Positions 1-13,158 of a stretch of DNA of 64,000 bases are shown here, in pieces; the first letter of the stretch is position 1; every line of letters begins with the position of its first letter. Source of the stretch: Eledone cirrhosa (lineage: Eukaryota). A model generated the notes under the pieces. It worked only from the letters and a program-made list of their open reading frames with translations, did no database searches and was not told the DNA's origin. A program made the translations under genes and the position numbers. Where the stretch lies: NCBI GenBank assembly GCA_964016885.1, contig OZ024761.1:30008001-30072000 (forward strand), in the 5' to 3' direction.

Positions 1-149
1 TATATATTTATATATATGTTTGTGTGTAGACTTAGTTGTTCAAAGGGGAGAAAGAAAACTCAATACCTGTAAAGAGTGATGTATAAATAGTCTAACTGTG
101 AACTTATACCACAGTGACTCGAGGACCAGGAGTTTTTGGGCATTAAAAG

Positions 150-337
150 GGCGGTGAATTGGCAGTATCGGTAGAAGGTTGGAAGCCATTCTTTCTAGCA
201 TAGTTACGTCCCTTTACGGTCTGAGTTCAAATCCCGGCGAGCTTAACTTTGGCCTTTCATCCTTATGGAGTCGATAAAAGAAAGTGCCATTAATGCACTG
301 GGATAATTGCTGGCCTTGTGCCAATAGTAGAAACAAT
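150..337 (+). mobile_element. tRNA-derived SINE (main family in the window)
   Basis: Head GGCGGTGAATTGGCAGTATCGGTAG, B-box GAGTTCAAATC, body GCCTTTCATCC..GTCGATAAAA, (ATT)-type tail. More than a dozen related copies occur in the window. Confidence 0.85.
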
Positions 338-410
338 TATACATATATATATATATATATAATATTAAGGATACTATTTATGGTTATGTATATACTAAAA
401 CTTTTTATAG

Positions 411-487
<77 letters not shown>

Positions 488-1016
488 ACAAAGATAAAAC
501 ATTAGCACAGATTTAGCAAAATATGTTTTTCACACGGGGGGAATGGCTTATATATATATATATATATATATGAAAACAGGGGGAAAGAGACGATTATGAG
601 GAAAATTATTTTTTTCCTTTTTTTATCTCTCCCTCTCTCTTTTCTGGGTTAGAAAATGATTAAAACGAAATGTTTTACTTTGTGTGAAGTGTTAAGGTAT
701 TAGTTGATTTATTTATTATTTAACAATGGTATTTATTTATCTATTTATATATTTAATTATTGTCTATTACCGGTTTCTGCATTTATATGCATTATCAAAT
801 GATAGTGAAATGTATTAGTGTGGTGTCGCACATATAGGTATGTATGCATTATTGTGTAGCTATGTAAGAAATATCCCAACTGTTCTCTCATCCTGTGTAA
901 AATGTTTGTAATATAGAAAGATTAATTACTTTACATACAAGATTAAAAAACTCTTTATATATATATATATATATATATAATATAAAATCAAAAGATGGTT
1001 AAAAGAGTTCCAAGTA

Positions 1017-1083
1017 TTTTATTATGCGCATTTCAAAAACAAATATCATCATTGGATCATATCTGCGTTCTCATAAGATAAAA
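1017..1083 (-). ncRNA. degenerate hammerhead copy (family B), core reads CTTATGA
   Basis: Reverse complement aligns with 2714-2780, including GAAA-TGCGCA-TA; one core substitution. Confidence 0.55.
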
Positions 1084-1369
1084 TAAGGAGACATGATATG
1101 AAGCTTAAAAAACACTTGTGAGTAGTGAAATTTTAAATCATCATATGATATGTTGATTTAAAACTTCACTATTCACAAGTGTTTTTAAGCTTCATATCAT
1201 GTCTGCCTGCTTTTGACAACCACTCATTATCAAATACACATACATATATACACACACTCATAGACTCAATATTAAGATATTAAGATAGTAGAAAGACCAT
1301 GTACATCCATAAAAAACACTTATTATCAATGCATACCCTTTTCAAAGACCTCCCTGTATAGATAATAAA

Positions 1370-1738
1370 TGTATAATCTGTAAATTAAGCCTACATATTA
1401 ACTGTAAAACTAGAAATGTAGTGTATAGCATAAGATGTACTGAAGGACAATGTAGAGATAAGAATATAGTGTACATAGGTGAGACAGCTCGTAGTATAGG
1501 GGAACGGATAAATGAACACTGGCGACAGCTTCAAGATAGTAAAGAATCATCTCTACTCCACCAACATGCTAAAATAGAATATAAGGCTAAATTAGAGAAC
1601 ATAGAAATAAAAATAGAATCTACACACAGAAAAGACGCAATGTTTAGACAAATCACAGAAGCAATAAACATAAATGAACTCCAACCAAAATTAAATAGAA
1701 AACATGAATGGAACAGCAACATCACAACTTACAATTAA
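1370..1738 (+). mobile_element. Penelope-like element remnant, C-terminal GIY-YIG endonuclease
   Basis: Translation CIIC..NCKTRNVVYSIRC...VYIGETARSIGERINEH...FRQITEAININELQPKLN matches the PLE GIY-YIG pattern. No RT domain upstream (5'-truncated). Followed by a pLTR-like tail that ends in (TA)n at ~2128. Confidence 0.85.
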
Positions 1739-1936
1739 GGACAAAATGAAAACACACACACACATAGAACAACCAACCAACCAGTAACATGTAAATAAAC
1801 AAACAAATAAACAAATATAAACACACACAGACACCCGGATGTAACACATGCGCAAACTAAGCACACAACACACACAAAAACAAGATGGTGTAGGGCAGAA
1901 CAAAGGAGAGGCACAAAAATAAAGAAAAGAATCCCA

Positions 1937-1979
1937 GTCACTGAAGAGGACACAGAATGTGTGACGAAAGAACTTTGAC
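1937..1979 (+). ncRNA. minimal type I hammerhead ribozyme (family A) in Penelope pLTR
   Basis: gtca-CTGAAGA-g.acaca/tgtgt..c-GAAA-g aa c-TT-tgac: stem I gtca/tgac, both core boxes, very short stem III. Confidence 0.7.
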
Positions 1980-2123
1980 AATATAGGAACAATCGTCTGG
2001 TTGTGGAACCAACCAACCGGAAATTTATAAATTCCTAAATTTATAAATTTAATTTATAATAAATTGAAGTGAAAGCAACTGGTGCGTGTGTTTCTTATTG
2101 GCAACATGACCCTCCCAAAGCAT

Positions 2124-2218
<95 letters not shown>

Positions 2219-2517
2219 TATGTATGTATATGACATACATTGTGGTGTACCTTACATTACACTATAAAGACTTTAGATGTAAACACACACATACACAAAC
2301 ACATATAGACACTCACATATACACGCATACACATACATATCTTGACATATACACACGCACCAGCACACACATACATATACACACATTGACACACACATAT
2401 ACATGCATACACACACGCATACATATATACACATCCACATACATAGGCATGTCAATGCACATAATACACACAAACAGGCACATAGATAAGTTCACCACAT
2501 ACAAACACACAACCACG

Positions 2518-2582
<65 letters not shown>

Positions 2583-2713
2583 TTGTGTTTTCATCAGATA
2601 AAACAGGAGAACATGATATGAAGGCTAAAAAACACTTGTGGATAGTGCAGTTTTAAATCAACATAACTGCACTATCCACAAGTGTTTTTTAGCCTTCATA
2701 TCATGTTCTCCTG

Positions 2714-2780
2714 TTTTATCTGATGAAAACACAAATATTATTGCATGATGATGTTTGTTTTTGAAATGCGCATAATAAAA
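2714..2780 (+). ncRNA. type I hammerhead ribozyme (family B)
   Basis: ttttat-CTGATGA-long hairpin (aaacacaaatattatt/gatgatgtttgtttt)-GAAA-TGCGCA-TA-ataaaa: stem I ttttat/ataaaa, palindromic stem III. Confidence 0.75.
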
Positions 2781-3033
2781 TACGTGGAACTCCTTTAACC
2801 ATCTTTTGATCTTATATTATGTATACTCCAGTCCTACAAACTGTAGAGTGCTTCTTATCCGATATCTGCATTGCTTTATTGTACTACAATAAAACTCACC
2901 TCCTACATTATATATATTTATATATATATATATATACATATATATTCATATATTCACACACACACACACACACACTGATAAACACACACACTGATGCACA
3001 CACACTGATACAGACACACACACACACACGCAT

Positions 3034-3119
<86 letters not shown>

Positions 3120-3302
3120 CCACTTAGATAGGATCATCACATATAATATATATATTTCACATACTTACGTGTGTGGAGTGTCTTATGTTACACATAAATA
3201 AAGGTTTTAAATATAAACACTATTTATATACGCTCTCCCTACCCTTCTCTTTAGCTATAAAAGCCTTTCTCTCTCCCTAACTCTATTGCTCCCATTATCT
3301 CT

Positions 3303-3411
<109 letters not shown>

Positions 3412-3479
3412 GTGTGTGTGAGTGTGAGTGTGAGTGTGTGTGTGGGTGTGAGTGTGTGTGTGTATATAGACACACACAT

Positions 3480-3554
<75 letters not shown>

Positions 3555-3603
3555 CATATATACATACACACACACACGCATATATATAAATATATACATA
3601 CAT

Positions 3604-3684
<81 letters not shown>

Positions 3685-3718
3685 CATATATATATGTATG
3701 TATACATCTATATGTATG

Positions 3719-3785
<67 letters not shown>

Positions 3786-3949
3786 GCCACAAGATAGACA
3801 GACAGACAGACTGACTGACAGGTAGATAGACAGACAGACAGACAGACAGATGACAAAGGGTCACACGACATTAAGAGCAAAACTGCGCACGCGCGCTTGT
3901 GTAATAACAGGTAGATGGATGTGTATGTGTAAGAACATAACTAATTTGT

Positions 3950-4812
3950 ATGGCGGTGGTGGTGGTTGTAGTAGTGGTGGTGATGGTGGTGGTGGTGGTG
4001 GTGTAGTTGTAGTTGTAGTTGTTGCTGTTGGTTGTGGTGGTGGTAGTAGTGGTGTTGTTGTTGTCTTGGTGGTGGTGGTGGTGGTGATGGTGGTGGTGGT
4101 GGTGGTGGTGGTGTAGTTGTAGTTGTTGCTGTTGGTTGTGGTGGTGGTAGTAGTGGTGTTGTTGTTGTCTTGGTGGTGGTGGTGGTGGTGGTGTAGTTGT
4201 AGTTGTAGTTGTTGCTGTGTGGTTGTGGTGGTGGTAGTAGTGGTGTTGTTGTTGTCTTGGTGGTGGTGGTGGTGGTGATGGTGGTGGTGGTGGTGGTGGT
4301 GGTGTAGTTGTAGTTGTTGCTGTTGGTTGTGGTGGTGGTAGTAGTGGTGTTGTTGTTGTCTTGGTGGTGGTGGTACTGGTGCGGTGTCGCTGTAGTTGTA
4401 GTTGGTGTTAGTGGTAGTGTTGGTAGTAGTTGTGGTGTTGGTAGTGGTCTGGTTGTTGTAGTTGTTAATGTTAGTGTTGTAGTTGTCGTTAGTGGTGGTG
4501 GTGTTGGTGTAGTTGTAGTTGTTGCTGTTGGTTGTGGTGGTGGTAGTAGTGGTGTTGTTGTTGTTGTGGTGGTGGTGGTGGTGGTATTGGTGGTGGTGGT
4601 GGTGATGGTGGTAGTGGTGGTACTGGTGCGGTGTGGCTGTAGTTGTAGTTGGTGTTAGTGGTAGTGTTGGTAGTAGTTGTGGTGTTGGTAGTGGTCTGGT
4701 TGTTGTAGTTGTTAGTTGTCGTTAGTGGCGGTGGTGTTGGTGTAGTTGTAGTTGTTTGCTGTTGGTTGTGGTGGTGGTAGTAGTGGTGTTGTGGTGGTGG
4801 CGGTGGTGGTGT
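3950..4812. repeat. (GGT/GTT/GTA)n trinucleotide low-complexity array with higher-order repeats
   Basis: Directly visible. Confidence 0.9.
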
Positions 4813-4887
4813 TAAGACGTGGCTTCGTAGCAGACGTATAGATTTACATCTGAACAGATCTTACAGATCTCTCTATCTCTCCCCCCA

Positions 4888-4931
<44 letters not shown>

Positions 4932-5338
4932 TATACATATATATATATATATATATAACTTTGATAAGTTTGAAAAAAGTTATATATATATATATATATA
5001 CAAACATATATATATATATATATGATGGCTGCCCCCTCGTTATCGAGTATGGCCATTGCATGATATACCATTATTAATAATTATTAATTAATTCTATCGT
5101 GCAATGCCTGTGCATGAAGATATGTTTTAAAGTGAGGAAAGACTGTGCACTGAACCAATCCCACTCTCTGAACGACAGTAGCTATAACCTGATAAGAAGA
5201 AAAGATCAACATCATCGGTAACTACTGAACCGCAGGTTTTATATCGGAGTCGTCCCATATATATAAATGAAAATATAGAAATTATTGTGAGCGTGAAGCC
5301 AACAGTATTTCATAATATATAAAAAAGTTGAAAAAAGT

Positions 5339-5394
<56 letters not shown>

Positions 5395-5752
5395 ACGAAG
5401 GAAATGTGGTAAGGAACCAGGTGGACCATAACGCAACAAAGTACTCAATACTTGAGGTAGTAGAGTGGGTAATAGGAACCAGTAAGACCCCGACAGCTGA
5501 GCTCAAGCCGTTTCGACGGCTAATTCTGGACGGCTAATTCTGTCCAGAATTAGCCGTCGATACGGCTTGAGCTCAGCTGTCGGGGTCTTACTGGTTCCTA
5601 TATATATATATATATATATATGCAAAAGTTCTATTTAAAATTATTGGGATACAACAAGTAAATATTTTATAACTGATATAAAGCAGTCGACAAGTTTTTG
5701 GAGTAGATATACGATATTAAATAAATGGAAACTATATTTATAAAACCATATT

Positions 5753-5817
5753 TATTTCATTATACATATTTCAGGGATACCAAATTAAAATATGGTATGC
5801 CTTCATCAGACAAAATA
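5753..5817 (-). ncRNA. type I hammerhead ribozyme (family C)
   Basis: Minus strand: tattttgt-CTGATGA-aggcatacca...tggtatccct-GAAA-tatgta-TA-atgaaata. Confidence 0.65.
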
Positions 5818-5900
5818 CAATATATATATATATGTATATATAAATGAAAGGTATAGAAAATATTGTACCAAAAAGCCAACAGTATTCCATAATATATATG

Positions 5901-5943
<43 letters not shown>

Positions 5944-5965
5944 CTTTTTTCAAACTTATCAAAGT

Positions 5966-6025
<60 letters not shown>

Positions 6026-6110
6026 CATGCATATATAATTCTTATATATATATATATATATACATATATAATTCTTATATATATATATATACATACATGC
6101 ATATATAATT

Positions 6111-6150
<40 letters not shown>

Positions 6151-6199
6151 TAATTCTTATATATATATATATATGTATATATATAGATACATATATAAT

Positions 6200-6279
<80 letters not shown>

Positions 6280-6353
6280 ATTGTTCTAATTGAATGCCAT
6301 AACTACTCCATATTTTCTTTTATTTTCTTGCCTGTGTATTTTCTTCATTCTCG

Positions 6354-6467
6354 CATGCTCCGAAGATCTGACTGGTTATAATTCTGTATTGACGATCGAG
6401 TGACGCAAAATTAGGCGGATAGCGATCTCTAGACATACCAGTTCAGTGAAACAAATGTAAGCTATGT
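6354..6467 (+). ncRNA. hammerhead-like motif with extended stem II (core CCGAAGA)
   Basis: gct-CCGAAGA-tctgactggt...accagttcagt-GAAA-caaatg-TA-agc; one core mismatch. Confidence 0.5.
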
Positions 6468-6514
6468 GAATAAAAACTTTTTTGTATAGCAAACCATGTA
6501 AACCTTCTTTCCTG

Positions 6515-6685
<171 letters not shown>

Positions 6686-7084
6686 GCGGTGTTGTTAGTG
6701 GTTATAGTATTGGTGGTGGTGGTGATACTGGTAGTGGTGGTGATAGTGGTTATAGTGGAAGTGGTAGTAATGGTGGTGATGCTGGCGATGGTGGCGATGG
6801 TGGTGATAGTGGTGGAAGTATTGGTATCTCGTTTTTCATTACACACAACACGCCCACAAACACACATACATATATATATATGTATATACATAATAGAGAG
6901 AGAGAGAGGGAGTGGGAGAAAGAGACAGAGAAAGAGAGAGTGTGTGAAAGATGGCTGTATGGCTAAAGAAGTTAACTTGTTAAACACGTGGTTGCGAGTT
7001 CAATACCTACTCAAGATATTTAAGCAGAATCACAGCGTGTGTGCGTGTGTCTCTCTCCCTATATATATATGTATATATATAATA

Positions 7085-7460
7085 ATGAAAAATAATGATG
7101 AAATTATTGTGTACAGTGCTCAGGTGCACTACAACTCATCAAATGTGCATGTATAGTACATAGAGTAATGTACAAATGTCAGGAAAGTGAACAGTGTATG
7201 AGTCATGATAATAATAATAATGAAATTATTGTGTACAGTGCTCAGGTGCACTACAACTCATCAAAGGTGCATGTATAGTACATAGAATAATGTACAAATG
7301 TCAGGAAAATGAACAGTGTACGAGTCATGATATAATAACAATAACAATAATGAAATATTGTGTACAGTGCCCAGGTGCACCACAACTCATCAAAAAAGTG
7401 CATGTACAGTACATAGGGCAATGCACAAACATCAGTAAAATGAACAGTGCACGTGTCATG
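7085..7460 (-). repeat. three tandem ~125-bp copies of a probable LINE 3' end with (ATT)n tail
   Basis: Unit ataatgaaattattgtgtacagtgctcaggtgcactacaactcatc... Further copies at ~7676-7760 and ~14270-14720. Confidence 0.65.
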
Positions 7461-7767
7461 ATACACACATGTGTGCATGTGTGCATGTGTATGGAAGGGG
7501 TATATATAGTATTAAGGATACTATTTATGGTTATGCAAATACAAAAACCTTTTGTAGTTATATATATTTTTACAAACCCTAAATAGTGATAGGCAGTAAT
7601 ATATTACTACCTTATTACCAGTAAGTTAAATAGCTCAATGTAATAACATCAGATGTTTTACAGAGCAGTTATATAATAATGAAATTATTGTGGAAAGTGC
7701 TCAGGTGCACTACAACTCGTCAATATAGTACATAGAATAATACACAAATGTCAGGGAAGTACAAATC

Positions 7768-7823
7768 AGTTCAAATCACTTATATGCATATAAATGATTT
7801 GAACTGAACTTTGATTCTTATAA

Positions 7824-7893
<70 letters not shown>

Positions 7894-8062
7894 TTATAAG
7901 AATCAAAGTTCAGTTCAAATCATTTATATGCATATAAATGATTTGAACTGAACTTTGATTCTTATAACTTATATATATATATATATATATATAAGTTATA
8001 AGAATCAAAGTTCAGTTCAAATCATTTATATGCATATAAATGATTTGAACTGAACTTTGATT

Positions 8063-8067
<5 letters not shown>
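7768..8067. repeat. array of an 80-bp perfect palindrome separated by (TA)n
   Basis: 7891-7970 is its own reverse complement (centre tatatg|catata); repeated at ~7993-8067 and partially at 7768-7828. Confidence 0.9.
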
Positions 8068-8114
<47 letters not shown>

Positions 8115-8139
8115 TGTAATAAACAACATAAAGCAATTA

Positions 8140-8200
8140 TTTCATTTACCAGTGGTTTCTTGAAAGCAAACAAATTTTGCTTTCAATCATCAGAATGAAA
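8140..8200 (-). ncRNA. intact type I hammerhead ribozyme (family E)
   Basis: Minus strand: tttcatt-CTGATGA-ttgaaagca/tgctttcaa-GAAA-cca c tgg-TA-aatgaaa. Perfect 7-bp stem I, 9-bp stem II, GUA cleavage triplet. Confidence 0.85.
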
Positions 8201-8267
8201 ACATAGAGCACTCTTTTTTCCTGGACCTTTCCGACAGAATTACTTCATTCACACACACACACACACG

Positions 8268-8401
<134 letters not shown>

Positions 8402-9115
8402 CACACACACACATATACACGCATACGCATACATACGTACATACATAATGAAAACAGGTGAAAGAATGTATGTATATGTGTGTGTATGTATGCATGCAAG
8501 TATGTATGTATGTATGTATGTAAGTACAGTATATATATATAATAACATTCACATGTACAGCTGTTTGACCAAGTATTTACCTGGTGTCGTCCCAAAGGTG
8601 TTCCAGTTGCTGTTTGTCTCTACAGACATGTAATAATTTTGATGGTCATTTCGTTTTTTTTGTTATTCAATTTTCTTCTCTTCTATTTAGTGTCGTCTGC
8701 CAAGTATAGACAAGATACATGATGGTGGGTGGGGGGGCGGGGGGTGTAAAATAAAATAAGATGAGAAAGAATAAAAAAGATAATAAAATGAATAAAGCTA
8801 ACGAAAAGATGCACAACTAAAACTATTGTTTGCGATGGTGGTGGCTGTGGCAGGTAGTTAGACAAGCAGTTATGAGAACTAACGAACCAGCCAGCCAGCG
8901 AGCCAGCCAACCAACCCATCCATTCTTCCTTCATCCTCCATCCATCGTTGTAACTCGTCAAAAAAGTTATCTCTTTTATTATTTCGTTACTGCATATATT
9001 TATATTATTACATATTATGAGGACCAGCACTACCATTAGACAGGCTTCGCAGCCCGTCAATGGCGCACGACCATTGAAACATATTTCTATCTATCTACCT
9101 ATCTGCCTTTTCAGG

Positions 9116-9201
<86 letters not shown>

Positions 9202-9315
9202 TCTCTCTCTATCTATCTATCTATTTATCAACGCCGTTGTGGCAAATAAAGAAAGATATCTATCTGCCTATCTATTCATCTTGCCCTCAATTTCTCTGGC
9301 TTTCAGTCAGTTTTT

Positions 9316-9374
<59 letters not shown>

Positions 9375-9378
9375 TCTC

Positions 9379-9446
<68 letters not shown>

Positions 9447-9874
9447 TCCCTCTTAGTCTTTAACAATGTATCTGTCTATCTATCTAACCCCCCTTTCCTT
9501 CCATCACTTACACCTGCGCTTCTACCCACCTATCTATCGTCTGCTATTTCATGTCCAATTTATTAAATATGTCAACACCATTTCACAACATAATTCGCTT
9601 CAAAGAATAAATTGAGTTTTTATTCTTTCCTTTAAGAAAATAAAAATAAAATGAAATAAAAAAAGACAGCGACAATGCAAGCTCTCACCTATCCCATAAA
9701 ATGTTAAAATATTCAAAACATCACATTGTAAATTTTGAATATATAAGACTAGAGGTAGTAGAAGAAGAAAGTTATTCTGACAAGTTGATTGGCACAGAAT
9801 ACACCAGTAGTCTTTCATTCTATTGCGGGTGTTTCGGTCATGAGACGTACGGTTACGATAATACACACACACGA

Positions 9875-9924
<50 letters not shown>

Positions 9925-9967
9925 GTATGTGTATATATACGTATATAAATATATGTATGTATATATA

Positions 9968-10002
<35 letters not shown>

Positions 10003-10060
10003 ATACTTTGGGAGGGTCATGTTGCCTGATAAAGAATCTTACTAAACAAATTCAGAAACG

Positions 10061-10099
<39 letters not shown>

Positions 10100-10468
10100 T
10101 ATATATACATACATATATGTATATACGTGTATATACACATACATATATATATAGACACAATATATATAGAAAGAGACACACAATATATATATATATATAC
10201 AAGTAATACAAGTAAATATAAACTTGTATTATACGGCTCAGAAATATTTCTTTCTTTGAGCTATTTCATTGTAAAGGAATGCTTGAGTTTTGAACTCAAT
10301 ACACTTAATATATATATATATATACATTCATACACACACATATATATATACACATTCATATATACATATATATATATATATATATGAATATATATACATA
10401 CATATATTTATATACGTATATATACACATACATATATATATAGACACAATATATATAGAAAGAGACAC

Positions 10469-10507
<39 letters not shown>

Positions 10508-10536
10508 TCATACACACACACATATATATATACACA

Positions 10537-10577
<41 letters not shown>

Positions 10578-10588
10578 ATAGACAAATT

Positions 10589-10775
10589 AATTGTTTCTAC
10601 TTTAGGCACAAGGCCAGCAATTACCCAGTGCATTACTGGTACTTTATTTTATCGACCCCGTAAGGATGAAAGGCAAAGTCAACCTCGGCGGGATTTGAAC
10701 TCAGATCGTAAAGGGACATAACTATGCTGGAAAGCATGGCGTCCGACCCTCTACCGATACTGCCAATCCACCGCC
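10589..10775 (-). mobile_element. tRNA-derived SINE, full length
   Basis: Reverse complement of the family at 150; flanked by an aatagacaaat direct repeat (likely TSD). Confidence 0.85.
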
Positions 10776-11172
10776 TAATAGACAAATAGACAAATTAATG
10801 TGAGCAAGAAGCCAACAGTAATTTATCCACAGAAATTTTATCCACAGATTTTGTGTAATCCAGGGAAAAAGCCAATAGAATTTTAACTCAGAATAAAATT
10901 AAGAGTAAATACTTATCCTTCAATTTGGAAAAAAATCTACAAATGTTCTATATAGTCTTAAAAAGACTATTTCACGAAACTTTTCAGTGGGGTTAGTCAC
11001 GGTATATATATATATATAGAGAGAGAGAGAGGGGGGGGGGGTGGTGGAGACACATACACCCGAAAACACATAAATATACAATCACACATACTGACAGTAG
11101 ACGTATGAAAGGTAAAGTTAACTAACTTCTAAGGGAAAAAAAACATTATTAAAACAGGAAAAAATAATAAAA

Positions 11173-11212
<40 letters not shown>

Positions 11213-11419
11213 CAAAAGGGATATTCAATTTGTTGGTAATTCAACAAATATAAATGTTTATGACTGATTTAAATCACTCGACAAGTTTTCTGGAGTATAA
11301 TATTCAATGATATTAAAGAAGAACTTAACGGCTCAACTTTTTCCTGGATAGTCAGAAAAAACTTGAACCGTTAAGTTCTTCTTTCCTGGATATGTCAATA
11401 TTTATAAAACAAACTTTGT

Positions 11420-11480
11420 ATTTTATCTGATCAGGGCGTAACCAAAGTTTTAGTACCCTTGAAATATATATAATAGAATA
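11420..11480 (+). ncRNA. hammerhead copy (family C), core CTGATCA
   Basis: tattttat-CTGATCA-gggcgt...accctt-GAAA-tatata-TA-atagaata; homologous to 5753-5817. Confidence 0.55.
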
Positions 11481-11519
11481 AATATGGTTTTATAAATATA
11501 ATTTCCATTTATTTAATAT

Positions 11520-11579
<60 letters not shown>

Positions 11580-12165
11580 TGTTATGTGTGTAGTTATATA
11601 TATATAATGTAGTTATATATATCTACATATATATATATATAATGTTATGTGTGTAGTTATGTAACACACATATATATATATATAGACGATATATGTGTGT
11701 TACATAACTACACATATATATTTATACATATGTTTGTTTACATATATGTTATGTGTTACATAATAATACACACACACATGTATATATATATATATATATG
11801 GTGGGAGTAGTGATGGCGGTTGGTTCTCTGGATTATTCGATACCTTGTGGTGTTAGTTCAGACTCTTTATCTTCTAACGTCTTTGATAGACTGGTAGATT
11901 TAATCCTTAGACTTTAACAGCAACAACAATAGCATGAAAGAGCCTCACCCCACATCAGTCAGAACTGAACAAGGGATGACACAGAGGCAGGCTGACCATA
12001 TGGACATTTAAGCAAGGATCGGTGTCCCGTTGTGTAAAAGTTAAACAAAAACAAAACAGCAGAAACACATTAAAAAAATACAAGAAATGTAAGACACGCA
12101 TCTAAGTAAAGTGATTTGTCTTTGGTGTAGGGTAGAACAAAGGAGAGACAAAAAGTAACAAATCA

Positions 12166-12208
12166 GTCACTGAGGAGTTCACAGAATGTGTGACGAAAGA
12201 GCTTTGAC
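12166..12208 (+). ncRNA. hammerhead ribozyme (family A) in a solo Penelope pLTR-like copy (~12060-12330)
   Basis: gtca-CTGAGGA-gttcaca gaa tgtgtgac-GAAA-gagc-TT-tgac; flanks align with 1880-2128. Confidence 0.7.
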
Positions 12209-12339
12209 GATATATAAACAACCATCCGGTTATTGAACCAACCAAGCGGAAATTTGTGATAAATTGAATTGAAAATCAACAGGTGCGTGTGTTTTTATTG
12301 GCAGCATGACTCTCCCACAGTATAACAACACACACACAC

Positions 12340-12381
<42 letters not shown>

Positions 12382-12869
12382 TGTTATACTGTGGGAGGGT
12401 CATGCTGCCAATAAAAACACACGCACCTGTTGGTATATATATATGTATGGTATATATATATATATATATATACCATACACACTATATATGCTGTCCACAG
12501 GAAAGACAAAGGCCGATACAGATTGGTGCCAATGACGCCACAACTAATTTGTTTTTTTCAGCTGAGGGGAATCGAACTCACGACTTTACAATCGTAAGCC
12601 TACCAACCTAATCGTTTAGCATCGCGCCTTTACATCAACAAAGCCAAAAAACAATAAGACCTGCTTGCGCTAATTTTCAAGGGCAATAACTAAAGACAAT
12701 CAAGGGAGATGACTTTTGTATCACTTTAAAATATTTTTTTCTTAGCTGCTGGTACCTTCCCCCTACTTCCAACTGAGCCGACTGGAACAATGTGAATTCT
12801 AACTGTCTTCATGGACATATAACACCCCAATCCTGTCATGGGAAAAAAGTCTAAAGTCAGTCTCAAACG

Positions 12870-13157
12870 CGGGGGCTCATCAGGTGGGTGCTCGTTCTGT
12901 TTTCCGTCATGTTAAGCGACTGAGAGTACAAGTCTCTCCACTGAACATAACGCTAGTCCGTTGTAGGGTTAAAGGGTTTATTTAAAGCCACATGCTCATC
13001 AGGCTGGTGCTTATCCTGGTTTCCATGGCCTTAAGCAACTGAGAGTATAAGACTTCTTCACCGACAGGACGCCAGTCAATTACAGGGTTAAACCTCCATT
13101 TACTGTTCGTATTTATTTTCAGTTGAGTATACTGGAGCAACGGGAAATTAAATGTTT
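12870..13157 (-). mobile_element. second SINE family (CORE-like body), two tandem partial copies
   Basis: Homologous to 22826-23050 (+) and 33465-33705 (-): cttgagcaa..ttgctccagt.cactca.ctgaaaatga core. Confidence 0.6.
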
Positions 13158-13158
13158 T

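Noticed and set aside
3850-4658. Val/Gly-rich ORFs (mucin-like Thr repeats on the other strand)
   Set aside because: Trinucleotide low-complexity array with stops and no splice context.
7085-7460. Regularly spaced repeats resembling a CRISPR array (also 26650-26760 and 38280-39205)
   Set aside because: Eukaryotic context, whole-unit tandem repeats without unique spacers, no cas genes.
12563-12628. tRNA-like sequence on the minus strand (B-box GAGTTCGATTC)
   Set aside because: No complete cloverleaf or acceptor stem; best read as a degenerate SINE head.
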